From NCBI RefSeq assembly GCF_006345805.1, contig NW_021826258.1, positions 1 to 50,468 of the forward strand: a stretch of 50,468 nt of DNA. Reading direction: 5' to 3'. Source of the DNA: Octopus sinensis. Its lineage: Eukaryota. The position numbers were made by a program, and so were the translations under genes. Numbering within the stretch: the first letter of the stretch is position 1; each line of letters opens with the position of its first letter. Below, piece after piece: positions 36,966 to 49,429 of the stretch. The notes under the pieces were generated by a model, which worked only from the letters and a program-made list of their open reading frames with translations, was not told where the DNA came from and searched no databases.

Positions 36966-36971
<6 letters not shown>

Positions 36972-37165
36972 TCTATGTAATCTCAAATTTTAAAACAATT
37001 TTCTTATGGTTTCTTAAACATTCTCTAGAACAACACTATGTACAAAACCAAATACATGGCACCCTAGGCATAACACCAGCATGAACTTCTTACTTGTCTC
37101 TTGAGGTCCCTGGGTGAGACTTGGGTCCAACTTGTACAAATGTAAAGCAAAAGTCAAACATAAAA
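36966..37165 (+). mobile_element. Probable 3' end of a second R4/Dong-like family in the same (TAA)n tract
   Basis: Begins with ILSM* and ends cttgaggtccctgggtgagacttgggtcc...aaacataaa(taa)n, paralleling the 3' end of 36425-36930. Confidence 0.55.
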
Positions 37166-37179
37166 TAATAATAATAATA

Positions 37180-37210
<31 letters not shown>

Positions 37211-37287
37211 TTAATATTAATAATAATATAATAATAATAATAATATTATTAATAATAATAATAATATAATAATAATAATATAATAAT

Positions 37288-37329
<42 letters not shown>

Positions 37330-37450
37330 TACTGTCCAGAAGTAACGAAGGTATCGTTTCAGATTTAAATTTTATTCATGATTACCCATTTATAAGTAAA
37401 CTAAGAAACAATACTTTCATCATTTCCTGCTAATTTTTCTATTTTTCCAT

Positions 37451-37500
<50 letters not shown>

Positions 37501-38126
37501 ATATATATATATATCTTTGAAACAGCTGTAAAGACCTATTTATAGTTGTGCGTATTTGCAACATCACATATAAATGAATCACTTGTTTGTCCATCATTTC
37601 TCTCTTTATTATTCACTCGAGTTACATTACAGCCAACTCTTGTTCTGTTGGGCAGACACATATGTTCTTTCACGACAATATATACGTTTTCGTAATATTA
37701 ACTACGCTTGAATCAAGTATTTACAAAAAAAAATACAACTACAACAAAGGCCAATACAAACCTGACCTGTTAAGTGGCCATTTATCTAGATAAATGTTAT
37801 GTGCGTATACATATATATATATATATATATATATAAACATACGTACATACATACATGCATACATACATAAATACATGCATACATAGAGAAAGAGTGGGTG
37901 AGTACATGCGTTTGCGTATGCGTGCGTGCATTTGTGTATATGCGTGCGAATTTCTCGAACGTATCAGGTTGACTTTTCTGTTTGGACAAGTGACATAGAG
38001 TGATGGGCGGGCGCATAGGTGGAGACGGGTTAACAGTGACAAAATAATGTGTTTGTGTGTATGTGTGTGTATGTACGCATATATGTAGCATCTATCTATC
38101 TAGCTATTAGTCTACCTATTTATCTA

Positions 38127-38160
<34 letters not shown>

Positions 38161-38435
38161 CACACACACACATAATATATATATTATATATATTATATAT
38201 ATATAGATATATATATATATATAACATATATTATATTATTGTATATATGTATGTATGTATATATGTATGGATGTATGTATGTATGTGTGTGCATATATAT
38301 ATATATATATAAACATACAGAGAGAGCGAAAGAGGGAGAGACACATCTATCTGTATGTATGTATCTATCTATATAAGAATAGTTATGCATATGTGCGTAT
38401 ATATAGGTGTATATTTATTATTATTATTATTATTA

Positions 38436-38478
<43 letters not shown>

Positions 38479-39096
38479 TTATTCATATCTATATATATAT
38501 ATATACAAATGTGAGTGACTGCTCTTCAAATACAAACTAACCAACAAATTATTTTACGTATGTAATCTAGACACATATATTTTGTGTGTATGTATGTATA
38601 TATATTATCATATATTTATCATTATTATTATTATTAATATTATCATTATTATTATTACATCATATCTGTATGTCTGTGTATATATACACATATATATCTA
38701 CGTACATATCTACGTACATACATACATACGTACATATAATGGCGTCAGCGATCAGCCATCTTACAATAACGATGTCAAAATATCCAGACCTCGTCTTCAT
38801 CGCCTTTCCCCTTCTCTCTACTTCAATAACGAGAAAATGTAAAAAAAAAAAAAAAAGAAGAAGAAGAAAAGAAAAAAAGATCAACATAAAACCACCTGAA
38901 CAATGATACAAAACAAAACCGAAAAATACCATGTTTTCATTCGCGACTACCTTGTCATATAAGTAAAAAGCTTGTTTTATCTGCACGTTTGTTTGCAAAG
39001 GAATGAATACGTAAATTTGTCCATTTGCAATGTCGTTATGTAAATCTTAGACAATTCTATTATCTGTTATTCAATCGTTTATAGTTATTGCCTGTG

Positions 39097-39130
<34 letters not shown>

Positions 39131-39539
39131 GTGTGTGTTTTAATAGTAAATGCTAAATGGAATCTTTAAGCGTTTAGTTTTGAATTCAATTTACTTACGG
39201 TCGCTTGTTGTCTTTGTCTCGTGTGTGTGTGTGTTGGTGTTGTATTTAGCAGTAAAACATAACGAAAGGATTATTGTCGAAGAATCACGCGTATAACCGA
39301 TTATGAATATGTGTATATATATATAATATATAATATATAATATATATAATATATATATATATATATATGTATGTAGGTATGTATGTATGTATGCATATAT
39401 GTATATGTATATATGTGTGTGCACATATCTATAATATTTGACTGTTTAGTACATATTTGGAGAACTGGCTCTCTGTCTCTCACACGTTTCACTCTTACCA
39501 CATTTCCACACAGACACATACACATATACACATACACAT

Positions 39540-39578
<39 letters not shown>

Positions 39579-39789
39579 ACACACACACAAATCATAATGT
39601 GAAAATGAGTAATAGTTCACATATAGACGGCTAAATCGGAAATGAGGTAGGAATAAAGTCCATAGTGTTGATGTGATTTAGACAGGAAAGTAGATAGCAG
39701 TGTCACAGGTGGTAAAAAAACAGACCTTGGAACTGAGGGGAAAGTAGTGTGTAGGGAGTACTTAACAGCTGTTTCTAGAATAATTGCAT

Positions 39790-40680
39790 GATTGGTCCAG
39801 ATCTTCGCTGTCTTCCCTTATTTTCCTTTTCAAGTGAAACTTGAAGAAGTTGATCAGGGATTGGCCAAAGAGAACGTGTTTGCTCTCAGCCCCTTTAACC
39901 TCGTCCACCATACAATCTCTTTCGCCATTTCCACCAGGCATATAAAGACAGCCTGCTCTTCCGGGTTAAAGGAAGGCGGCGGGGCGATCTTCACGATGGA
40001 TTCAGTTGACAGCGGGATCCGTCCTACAAGCAACAGCAGGTGTTTGACATAAACCCACAGGTCAGCAATGCTTGGGCACTGGACGAGTGCTGCTGGACCG
40101 TCTCATCGTCCTGCGCGCATCTCAGACATTCTCAGCTGACGGCACTTCCGTGTCACTATAGTTTATTTCGAACAGGCAAAGCTCCCCGGCAGTACTGCCA
40201 GGCCAGAGATTTTTGGAAGTTATGCATTGGTCCCCGGCCGAAAGTTTTCCGCAAAAAAATTGCTAACTGATCTTCTTCGACGCCCAAGGTCTCCCCAAGA
40301 ACGTCGTTGTACTTTCCCTCCACTAATCCTCTATAGAAAGCTAAATTGGACGTTCCACCTATCGCAGTGTCCAACTGGCTGGGAGCTGTGAGCGCTTGAA
40401 GACATTCCATTTTCCAAATGCCCTCTCTAGGTCTCTGTTTGACCCAAGACTGCAGCTCCGTTAAAGAGACCAGCTAGGGAAATACGCGTCTGGCGAAGGG
40501 CGACCACTACATGACATCTTCCACATCCTAGGTCATGCGGGATGCCCCTCAACATCTCTAGTTTGTGTAGTTGTGGATCAAGAGTCAGTACATACAAGAA
40601 AGGCGAGAAGAGGCAACCATGCCGGACTGAGTGCATGATGTTGAACGGTTCTGAGAGATAACCGTTCACTCTGACCGCTA
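39790..40680 (-). mobile_element. L1/Tx1-clade LINE ORF2 fragment, internally deleted
   Basis: RT motif VNGYLSEPFNIMHSVRHGCLFSPFLYVLTLDP; C-terminal SLAWQYCRGALPVRNKL and a frameshifted CCHC knuckle CLRCAQDDETVQ..LVQC. Confidence 0.82.
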
Positions 40681-40719
40681 AATAGATGTCGGAGCCACCA
40701 GAAAAGAGAAGGGCTGGTA

Positions 40720-41040
40720 ATCAGTCCTAACAGGTAACATTGTATCTATCAAAAAAATGACAAAAAAAAAAGTCTAAGTATAATGATCTCGAAATAGAGA
40801 TAACCATGATTTAAGAAGTGAATAGAGAAACAATCTCTATAGAGCTAGGTTGATTACAAAACGGTGCTGGTAACTATATAGTCAAAACCGTAGGACACGC
40901 ATATATTCACAAGGGACATATAATCTCAACAAAGCATTGTACACATGGATTGTACAGGGAGTATCTTTAAAATCTATAGGAAATACCCAAACAAAACAAT
41001 GTATGGTCTCAACACAATGAAAGAAAGCAATAAGAAAACT
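40720..41040 (+). mobile_element. Highly decayed R4/Dong-like RLE 3' fragment
   Basis: SKYNDLEIEIT resembles RKYKDLLIEIE at ~36555; followed by (TAG)n. Confidence 0.45.
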
Positions 41041-41043
41041 ACT

Positions 41044-41117
<74 letters not shown>

Positions 41118-41209
41118 GGTGGTGGTGGTGGTGGTGGTGATGGTAATAGTTAACGCGACTAGAAGTGAAAGAAAAAGTACAGCGACTAGTAGTAGTAGTA
41201 GTGGTAGTG

Positions 41210-41261
<52 letters not shown>

Positions 41262-41495
41262 CAGCAGCAGTAGTAGTGGGATTGAGAGCCACTGGAATTA
41301 ATAAGATCCAGTGTATGGTGGAGAATGACAACCAAAATAACAGCGAGCGTTAAATGATAGGGTCCTCAGGGAATTACGAAATGGGGTTTATTTTATGTAT
41401 AAATAACAGAAGCCCCAGGACGTACACTCACATGCACACGTACACAAACGCACGCAAGCTCACACGCATACGCACACGTGCGCAGTCACGTACAT

Positions 41496-41528
<33 letters not shown>

Positions 41529-41583
41529 CATATGGAAAGAAATAATGGCAAACCACTGCACACTTACACACATCATCGTCTTT

Positions 41584-41627
<44 letters not shown>

Positions 41628-41966
41628 ATGATACTTCTATTGCCGCTGCTACTACCACTACCACCACTGCCACCACCACCACCACCACCACTACAGTCGC
41701 AACTGCCACCCCCACCGACACCACCACACCACCACCAACACAACTATTAACACTACCAATACTGCTACAACCACCAACACTGTTACTGTTGCTACTACTA
41801 ATTGTACTATTACCGCTACAACTACAAGCAAAACTACTACTACTACTTACTACAACAACTACTACTACTATTTGTATACTACTAATTTTTACTTTACTAA
41901 TACTACTACCACAGTCACCGTACCACCACTACAACTAATGCTGCTACTGCTACTACTACTACTACT

Positions 41967-42008
<42 letters not shown>

Positions 42009-42020
42009 GTTACTACTACG
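41044..42020. repeat. (TAG)/(GGT)/(CTA)/(CCA)/(TAA) trinucleotide blocks
   Basis: Read directly from the sequence. Confidence 0.9.
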
Positions 42021-42288
42021 TTGAGCACTTTCACTACACTGCTAAAACACGCAACCAAAAACGGAGCCCTGCACAATATCCAGGTCAGACACAAGTGATT
42101 TCCATTGTGGAGCGAAACCCATAAGGGACCAGTACATTAGGGTACAATAGCATATAAATAGACGAATCCATTACACATGGGTATATATTCATGCGCTTGC
42201 AAATCCGTATGTGTGTGGGGGAGGTTATTCATATACGTTTTTGTACACATAGGTTACTCTATCTTTCTGTAGAATTCATATTTATTAC

Positions 42289-42373
42289 TCTTAAACAAGA
42301 ATATTATCGAGAGTGACTTAGAAATTTCCGACAGTGACTTCGAAGTCACTGTCAATAATATTCTTGTTCAAGA
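42289..42373. repeat. Nested hairpin: 30-bp arms around a perfect 24-bp palindrome
   Basis: gacagtgacttcgaagtcactgtc (42330-42353) is self-complementary; 42290-42319 pairs with 42343-42372 with 3 mismatches. Confidence 0.85.
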
Positions 42374-42467
42374 ATGATATGTAAGTGTGTATGTAAGTGT
42401 GTGTATTTGTCTCAGTGTGTATATATGTGTCTATTTTTATGTATTTGTGTGTATACATGTAAATATG

Positions 42468-42723
42468 AAAATAACTGCGACCTTTTAAATCCTAGCCAGG
42501 CTCATGGGCCCGGTTTCCCGGTTTCTATGGTGTATGTGTTCTTCAGCTACACGGGACGCCAGTCCATTGCAGCGTTACTCATTTTTGCCAGCTGAGTGGA
42601 CTGGAGCAACGTGAAATGAAGTGTTTTGCTCAAGAACACAACGCGTCGCCCGGTCCAGGAATCGAAACCACAATCTTACGATCATGGTGCTGACACCCTA
42701 ACCACTAAGCCATGCGCCTCCAC
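42468..42723 (-). mobile_element. tRNA-derived SINE (head B + tail 1) with 13-bp TSD
   Basis: TSD acatgtaaatatg at 42455-42467 and 42724-42736. Confidence 0.92.
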
Positions 42724-43113
42724 ACATGTAAATATGCATGCAATATATTTATGTATACTCATACACATGTATACGCCAATAGATGTATATATATCTGTGT
42801 ATGTATATATATTTATGTAAGTATATAAATGTATGTGTGTGTGTTTCTGTACACACATATATAATACTAATATATGCACATGCATGCAAGTATATATAAA
42901 AAAACTTTCAATTATTAATTTTACAGTAAATTGTATTAAAAATTTTATAAATATTAATTCAAAGTAGAGAAATGTCCCAAAAACCTTCAGTGGGAGTCGA
43001 ACCACGCATTAATCATTATCCAGACGACTGTACTAACCTTTGCCCCAAAGTGCCGTTGCTGCGAATTCAGATGCGGTGGTTAAGCCTCAGAAACTGTGAC
43101 AGTTACGAATAAA

Positions 43114-43158
43114 ACTCATACCTAGTAGTTTCGTTTTTCTTTAGACTCTTCAGTGAGT
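43114..43158 (-). ncRNA. Minimal type I hammerhead ribozyme motif
   Basis: Minus strand ACUCA-CUGAAGA-GU(cuaaagaaaa)AC-GAAA-CU(acua)GG-UA-UGAGU: intact core, perfect 5-bp stem I, weak stem II. Confidence 0.6.
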
Positions 43159-43248
43159 GTATGCTTACATACATATATTTGCATTTATGTATGTGAAAAT
43201 AAATGTAGATAAACAGATAAGTAGGTAGACAGACGGACAGATAGATTT

Positions 43249-43293
<45 letters not shown>

Positions 43294-43414
43294 TATATAT
43301 GTGTTTGGTGTGTGTCTGTGTGTGTGTGTGTGTGTGGTGTGTACATATACCAATATATATGTATTCATACGAATATGCGCATATATATACGTATATTATA
43401 TATATATATATATA

Positions 43415-43445
<31 letters not shown>

Positions 43446-43851
43446 TTATATATATACATACACACACACACACATGTATATACACATATTCGTATAGATA
43501 TATATATTATATATATATATATATATATTATTACGTATACAAATATATATATGTACATATACAAATATACATGTATATATACGAATATGCATATAAATAT
43601 ATTGATATATATATATATTATACACATGTATATACACATATATATGCACACAAACACATATATATATATATATATATACATATATGCATATATATATGTA
43701 TGTATCTTGTGATTGTATGTATTTGTATGTCACCTTTATTTTTCTTATTTAAAGTGTACCTCTTCAACAAGACACTTCACTCTACTTACTCTGCTCTTTA
43801 AATAGATGACAATTCAAAAATAATCGTTTTCTTTCTTTTTCTCGCATCCAG

Positions 43852-43923
43852 AGATCTGAGTTATAACAAGCTGGAAAGTATCGGAAGAAAGTCATTAAAA
43901 GGCGCTCCTCGCCTCAAGAATTT
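43852..43923 (+). CDS. slit: Slit LRR exon (72 bp, phase 2), equivalent to vertebrate SLIT exon 5
   Basis: Polypyrimidine tract plus CAG acceptor (ctttctttttctcgcatccag) and GTAAGT donor at 43924. Reads (x)DLSYNKLESIGRKSLKGAPRLKN(L), one LRR, and aligns by recall to SLIT2 [24 protein letters not shown]. Confidence 0.88.
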
Positions 43924-43988
43924 GTAAGTAGTTTATTTATTTCTTTATTAATTTATTTATTTACTTATTATATCGGTATCTTTGTTGT

Positions 43989-44022
<34 letters not shown>

Positions 44023-44656
44023 CTATGCTTATTTAATGGTTTGTTTTCAGTTTTATCCGTTGCCGTTATACAATATGGTTTATCTGCAACGCGAACAATT
44101 ATTATCAAGACGGCGTTTTGCTGCGCCGTTGTAATTAGATTGAAGTTCTATGACCGTATACCATTCTGTATTGTCTTCAATACATACAGACACGGACACA
44201 CAGAAACACACACAGAAACACACAGAAACGCACACATGCCCACACTCACACACACACATAAACGCGCACAGGCACACTCATGCACACTCATGCACATACA
44301 ATGCATGTGCAGTAAAACACACACTATTACACGTGGTTAGTAGATTTAACTCAGAAATTCCCACAATCTTTGAAGAGTCAGACAATATTTTCATGCATAT
44401 CTGTATGCGTTTTTGTCTCTTCACCGCCATCTTTCTCTTTCTCTTTCTCTTTCACTCTCTCTCTCTCTCTCTCTCTCCTTATTCCTCCCCCCTCTCTCTC
44501 TCTTATTCTTTTTCTGTGTATCTTTATATATGCGTTTGCACTTTTATGTATACATAGATGCAGTCACTTTGGTTGTGTATATATATATATATTATATATA
44601 TATTAATATTTAGCAGAAGCAACAACAGAGTAACTCAAGGTCCAAAAGCTTCATGC

Positions 44657-44703
<47 letters not shown>

Positions 44704-44704
<1 letters not shown>

Positions 44705-45069
44705 TGTTGTGTCTGGGGAGAGTTGTTTTCCTTTTGTGCCTTATAATGTAACACACTCACCGGTAAAATTTCCACTTATTTCTTATTTTTATTTCCTAAT
44801 ATTTTCGTTGCATCTTGCAATCTTTTCAATAGTCTTGATTCTCAAATAGCCTTCAGAGTCTTGAGAGTCAAGACTATTGAAAAAGTTGCAAGACGCAACG
44901 AATATTTTAGGAAAATAAAAATAAGAAATAAGTGGAAATTTTAACGGTGAGTGTGTTACATTATAAGGCACAGAAAGGAAATGACTCTCCCCAGACACAA
45001 CAGAATATGCTTCAACAAACGAACTTATATAAAGAATCTTGCAAACCAAATCCAAAAATGAAACTTTTT

Positions 45070-45070
<1 letters not shown>
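44704..45070. mobile_element. Fold-back element with ~142-bp arms in (TA)n
   Basis: Arms 44704-44845 and 44861-45003 with a 15-nt loop, then an unpaired extension to ~45070; (TA)n on both sides. Confidence 0.9.
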
Positions 45071-45113
<43 letters not shown>

Positions 45114-45489
45114 TTTTTTGCGAGATTCCTGATGTGAAGCCGTGTACTGAAACTGATATTGTTGTATTTCGGGATGGTCATTATTTATTTTTGCCAAATA
45201 AACTCACGATACACATATAGGATACACATATAGCAGAATCACTGCTATATATATATATCCTAAGGTAAGCTACATCACTCGGGCCATTTCAGCTACACTT
45301 TCCCGCCATTTTTAGTCTCAGTTTTCTTTTCCAAGTGGAAATTTTTTAAATACTAGTTGACGAGGGCTTGGACGAAGAGGTAAGTATATGTCTTTAATCC
45401 TTTCATCCACTGTGGTGGACACCACATTCGTCGTAATCTCAGTTTGTTTTCATCTTTATTTTGCTTTTTTTTTTTCTTTTCTTTTCTAG

Positions 45490-45561
45490 GCAATTGGACA
45501 ACAACCGTATCAAATGTGTCACAGAGATGTCAATACGTGGACTTAGTGACATGGAAATTCT
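45490..45561 (+). CDS. slit: Slit LRR exon (72 bp, phase 2), equivalent to vertebrate SLIT exon 6
   Basis: Long T-tract plus TAG acceptor and GTGAGT donor at 45562. Splices in frame to the previous exon (tt|g = Leu). Reads QLDNNRIKCVTEMSIRGLSDMEI(L), aligning by recall to SLIT2 [24 protein letters not shown], including the diagnostic Cys. Confidence 0.88.
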
Positions 45562-45951
45562 GTGAGTTACATTTAGTTTCGGGGGTGGTGGTTTTTGCTC
45601 TCTTTTATTATGTAATTACTAGTCTGTGGGTGTGGTGGTGGTGGTGGTGGTGGTAGTGGTGGTGGTGGTGGTGGTGGTGGTGGTGGTGGTGGTGGTGGTA
45701 GCTGGTCGTCGTCATCACCTTCATCAGGATCATTATCACTATCGTCGTCGTCATCGTCATCACCACCACCACCACCACCTCTTCCACCAACACAAACACC
45801 AACACCATCATGTTCATCATCATCATCATCAGCAGCAGCAGCAGCATCATTATCATCATCGTCATCATTACTCATCATCATCATCACTTTCATCATCATC
45901 GTCATCATCATCATCACCACCACCACCACTACTACAATCATCACTGTCGTC

Positions 45952-46157
45952 AGCAAGACACTTTATTTCACGTTGCTCAAGTCCACTCAGCTGGCAAAAA
46001 TGAGTTGTACCTGTGTTTCAAAGGGCCAGCCTTGTCCCATTATGTCACGCTAAACCTCCCTGAGAACTATGTTAAGGGTACGCGTGTCTATGGAATGCTC
46101 AGCCACTTGCACGTTAGTTTCACGAGTAGGCTGTTCCGTTGATCGGATCAACTGGAC
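45952..46157 (+). mobile_element. SINE, partial head B + tail 2
   Basis: agcaagacactttatttcacgttgctc..cactcagctggcaaaaatgagt, then the tail seen in reverse at 9925-10077. Confidence 0.85.
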
Positions 46158-46177
46158 TTACATTATATATTATACAA

Positions 46178-46388
46178 AATGGCAGTAAGCAGAATTGTTT
46201 GCCCGCCGGACAATATGCTTAACGGCATTCCGTCTGTCTTCTGTGTTCAAAATTCCGCCGGGGATGACATTTTATTTCATCCTATCGGGGTCGAAAAAAT
46301 AAGTTTCAGTAGAGTACTGGGGTCCATAAAATTGACTTATCCTTTAACCCCAAATTGCTGGCCTTGTGCCAAAATTTCACACCAATAT
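46178..46388 (+). mobile_element. Family M SINE
   Basis: M head and domain. Confidence 0.75.
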
Positions 46389-46399
46389 TTACAATACAT

Positions 46400-46700
46400 G
46401 TGGAGGCGCAATGGCCCAGTGGTTAGGACAGCGGACTCGCAGTCGGAGGATCGCGGTTTCGATTCTCAGACCGGGCGTTGTGTGTGTTTATTGAGCGAAA
46501 ACACCTAAAGCTCCGGCAGCGGGGGGGGGGGCGACCCCTGTTGTACTCTTTCGCCCCAACTTTCTCTAACTCTTTCTTCCAGTTTCTTGAGTAACGCTGC
46601 GATGGACTGGCGTCCAGTCCAGCTGGGGGGAACACATACGCCACAGAAACCGGAAAACCGGACCCAATAGTCTGAATAGGCTTTAAAAGGGCGCATTTAT
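46400..46700 (+). mobile_element. tRNA-derived SINE (head A + tail 1)
   Basis: Colinear with 10629-10967. Confidence 0.9.
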
Positions 46701-46702
46701 TT

Positions 46703-46947
46703 GTGGTGGCACGTGGATTAGTGGTTAGGGTGTCAGCATCATGATCATAAGATTGTGGTTTCTATTCCTGCTTGAGCAAAACACTTCATTTCAAGTTGGT
46801 CCAGTCCACTCAGCTGGCAAAAATGAGTAACATTGCGATGGACTGGCGTCCCATCAAGCTGGGAGAAACACATACGCCATAGAAACCGGGAAACCGGGCC
46901 CATGAACTTGGCTAGGCTTGAAAAGGGTGCATAAATAAATAAATAAA
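46703..46947 (+). mobile_element. tRNA-derived SINE (head B + tail 1, (TAAA)n end)
   Basis: Colinear with the reverse complement of 42468-42723. Confidence 0.9.
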
Positions 46948-47303
46948 ATTTACATTATATAGACATAATTCATAATTTCTTACATTCAAGCCTTCATATC
47001 TAAATTCATGTAGACATATACACATAAATACATTCATACATGCATTCATACAATACGTACATAGATACAATACATATATACACACAAATATTCATACACA
47101 GACACGTAAACCGTCACTCGCACACGCACACAAGTGCGCGAGCGCGACATGCAGTAAGGCGTGTTGCAGTCACATCCGTTTAAAGTTCCCAAACCAAACA
47201 TTACGAATATTTTATGTTTCTCTAAGAAATGGCATCATTTCCACTTGAGGATTGCAATTTGTTTTCTTAGCCTCACCTTTTCTTCGGGGATCCACCGCAC
47301 TTT

Positions 47304-47360
<57 letters not shown>

Positions 47361-47514
47361 ATGTGTGTATCTATATACCTGTGTGTGTGAATATAATGAA
47401 TTTCATTCGTGCACGAATATAATGTATTTAAACACATACATGCATACACACACTGTCATATTATATACACACACAACCACATACACACACAACCACATAC
47501 ACACACAACCACAT

Positions 47515-47546
<32 letters not shown>

Positions 47547-48062
47547 GCATACATAACACATATATACAACACACACGTGCAAACATATATAAACATATAC
47601 ACGCTTGCATACAAATACATACATACATACATACATACATACATACATACATACATACATACATACATACATACATACATACATACATACATACATTAGT
47701 ACGCTCGCCCTATCAAGGCTGCTTTTAACAAGCAGCCTAACTTTGCACTTGTTCTAATTAAATATATCACTTTTGTGATTTTAAACCACAGGGATGAGCT
47801 AGGAAGACGGATGAAGGATGGGAATAGGGTAAAAAAAAAACTGAGGCCATACGTAATGACGGTGACAGTGAGACATTGCCAGTGCTAAGGGTGAGGCAAG
47901 GAAGGTTAACCAACTGTATCGAATGTTTCGGGAAGCGGGTGGCTTTGAGTAATGTTAATAAGCCTCAAAGAAAACGGAATCTAATGTTGGTGCCAACCAG
48001 TTACCGGATGCTTGTAAATAATCTAAACGTTTAGCTCTAGCATAATCAAATTAATTAGATAT

Positions 48063-48789
48063 GTGAAGGCGCATGGCTTCGAGCTTACGGTCGTGAGGTT
48101 GTGAGTTGAATCCTGGACCGGTCTGGGTGTTGTGTTCTTGAGCAAGACACTTTATTTCACGTTGCTCCAGTTCACTCAGCTGTAGTAATGAGTTGCGACG
48201 TCACAGGTGCTAAGCTGTATCGACCCCTTTGCCTTTCCCTTGGATAACACAGGTAGCGCGGAGAGGGGAGGCCGTTATGCATAGAAGACTGCTGGTTTTC
48301 CATAAACAACCTTGCCCGGACTTGTGCCTAGAAGGGTAACTTTCTAGGTTCAATCCCACGGTCAGTCATGACCGAGGGGAGTCTCAATGCCTCACTTTGT
48401 AACCACATAGTTTCAGGTTCACTTCCTTACTCTGCGCGGCACCTTGCGCAACTGTCTCTTTCTATATACATTGCGCATGGCTCAGTGGTTAGAGTGTCAT
48501 GAGATAGTGAATTCGATTCCTGGACTGTTGTTATGTTCTTGGGCAAGACACTTTATTTCTCGTTCCTCCAGTTCACTCAGCTGTAGAAATGCGTTGCAAC
48601 GTCACTGGTGCCAAGTTATATCGGCCTTTGCCTTTTCCTTGGATAACATCGGTGGTATGAAGAGGGGAGGCTGGTATGCTTGGGCAACCGCTGGTCTTCC
48701 ATCAACGACCTTGTTCGGACTTGTGCTTCGGAGGGTAACTTTCTAGGTGCAATCCCATAGTCATTTATGACCAAAGGGATCTTTACCTT

Positions 48790-48795
<6 letters not shown>
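48063..48795 (+). mobile_element. Two SINEs (head B + tail 3) at 48063-48388 and 48472-48795, separated by a family C head fragment
   Basis: Both share gcaagacactttattt..ccagttcactcagctgtag..gcctt..ccttggataaca..agaggggaggc..ggacttgtgc..agggtaactttctaggt.caatccca. Confidence 0.85.
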
Positions 48796-48849
<54 letters not shown>

Positions 48850-48853
<4 letters not shown>

Positions 48854-49107
48854 TAGAAAAAAACACCTTTTAACAATTCAAAATGAACAATTAAATTACA
48901 CCATCTAGAAAATTACATATAATAGAAATATTTAAGTTAAAATAACAATAAAATATCAATGATTAAGTAAATTGCAAAAAAAAATAAAACCGTATATAAT
49001 ACCAATTATATACGTTATTATTATTTTTTTTTGTAATTACTTAATCATTGATATTTTATTGTTATTTTAATTTTATATTTCTATTATTATATTAACTTTT
49101 TTTTCTA

Positions 49108-49110
<3 letters not shown>
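48850..49110. repeat. AT-rich fold-back element between (TA)n tracts
   Basis: 48919-48990 pairs with 48995-49087 around acca; the termini aattagaaaaaaa and tttttttctaatt also pair. Confidence 0.85.
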
Positions 49111-49162
<52 letters not shown>

Positions 49163-49183
49163 TAGATAGATATATATATACAC

Positions 49184-49290
<107 letters not shown>

Positions 49291-49394
49291 TAGTGAATCT
49301 CAAAGCAAAACGAAGAACAAACAAAAAAAAAAACAACGCGAGGACATGAAACATGCAAAATTTTAGCAGATGCTCAGCGAATGAAAGAAAGGTG

Positions 49395-49429
49395 GTTTTA
49401 CGTTTCTAGCAAAGCTCTTCATCAGAAAC
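49395..49429 (-). ncRNA. Minimal hammerhead-like motif inside a short repeat (49290-49505)
   Basis: GUUU-CUGAUGA-A-GAGC(uuu)GCUA-GAAA-CG-UA-AAAC: palindromic ACGU stem III; C11.1 appears mutated to A. Confidence 0.55.

Noticed and set aside
45126-45180. CTGATG...GAAAC as a hammerhead
   Set aside because: The core reads CUGAUGU and stems II and III do not close.
45336-45380. Extra exon ending at the strong donor GAG|GTAAGT
   Set aside because: All three frames from the nearest acceptor contain stops.
47716-47740. 9-bp hairpin aggctgctt/aagcagcct resembling a terminator
   Set aside because: Eukaryotic intron context, and a stem this short is expected by chance in 50 kb.
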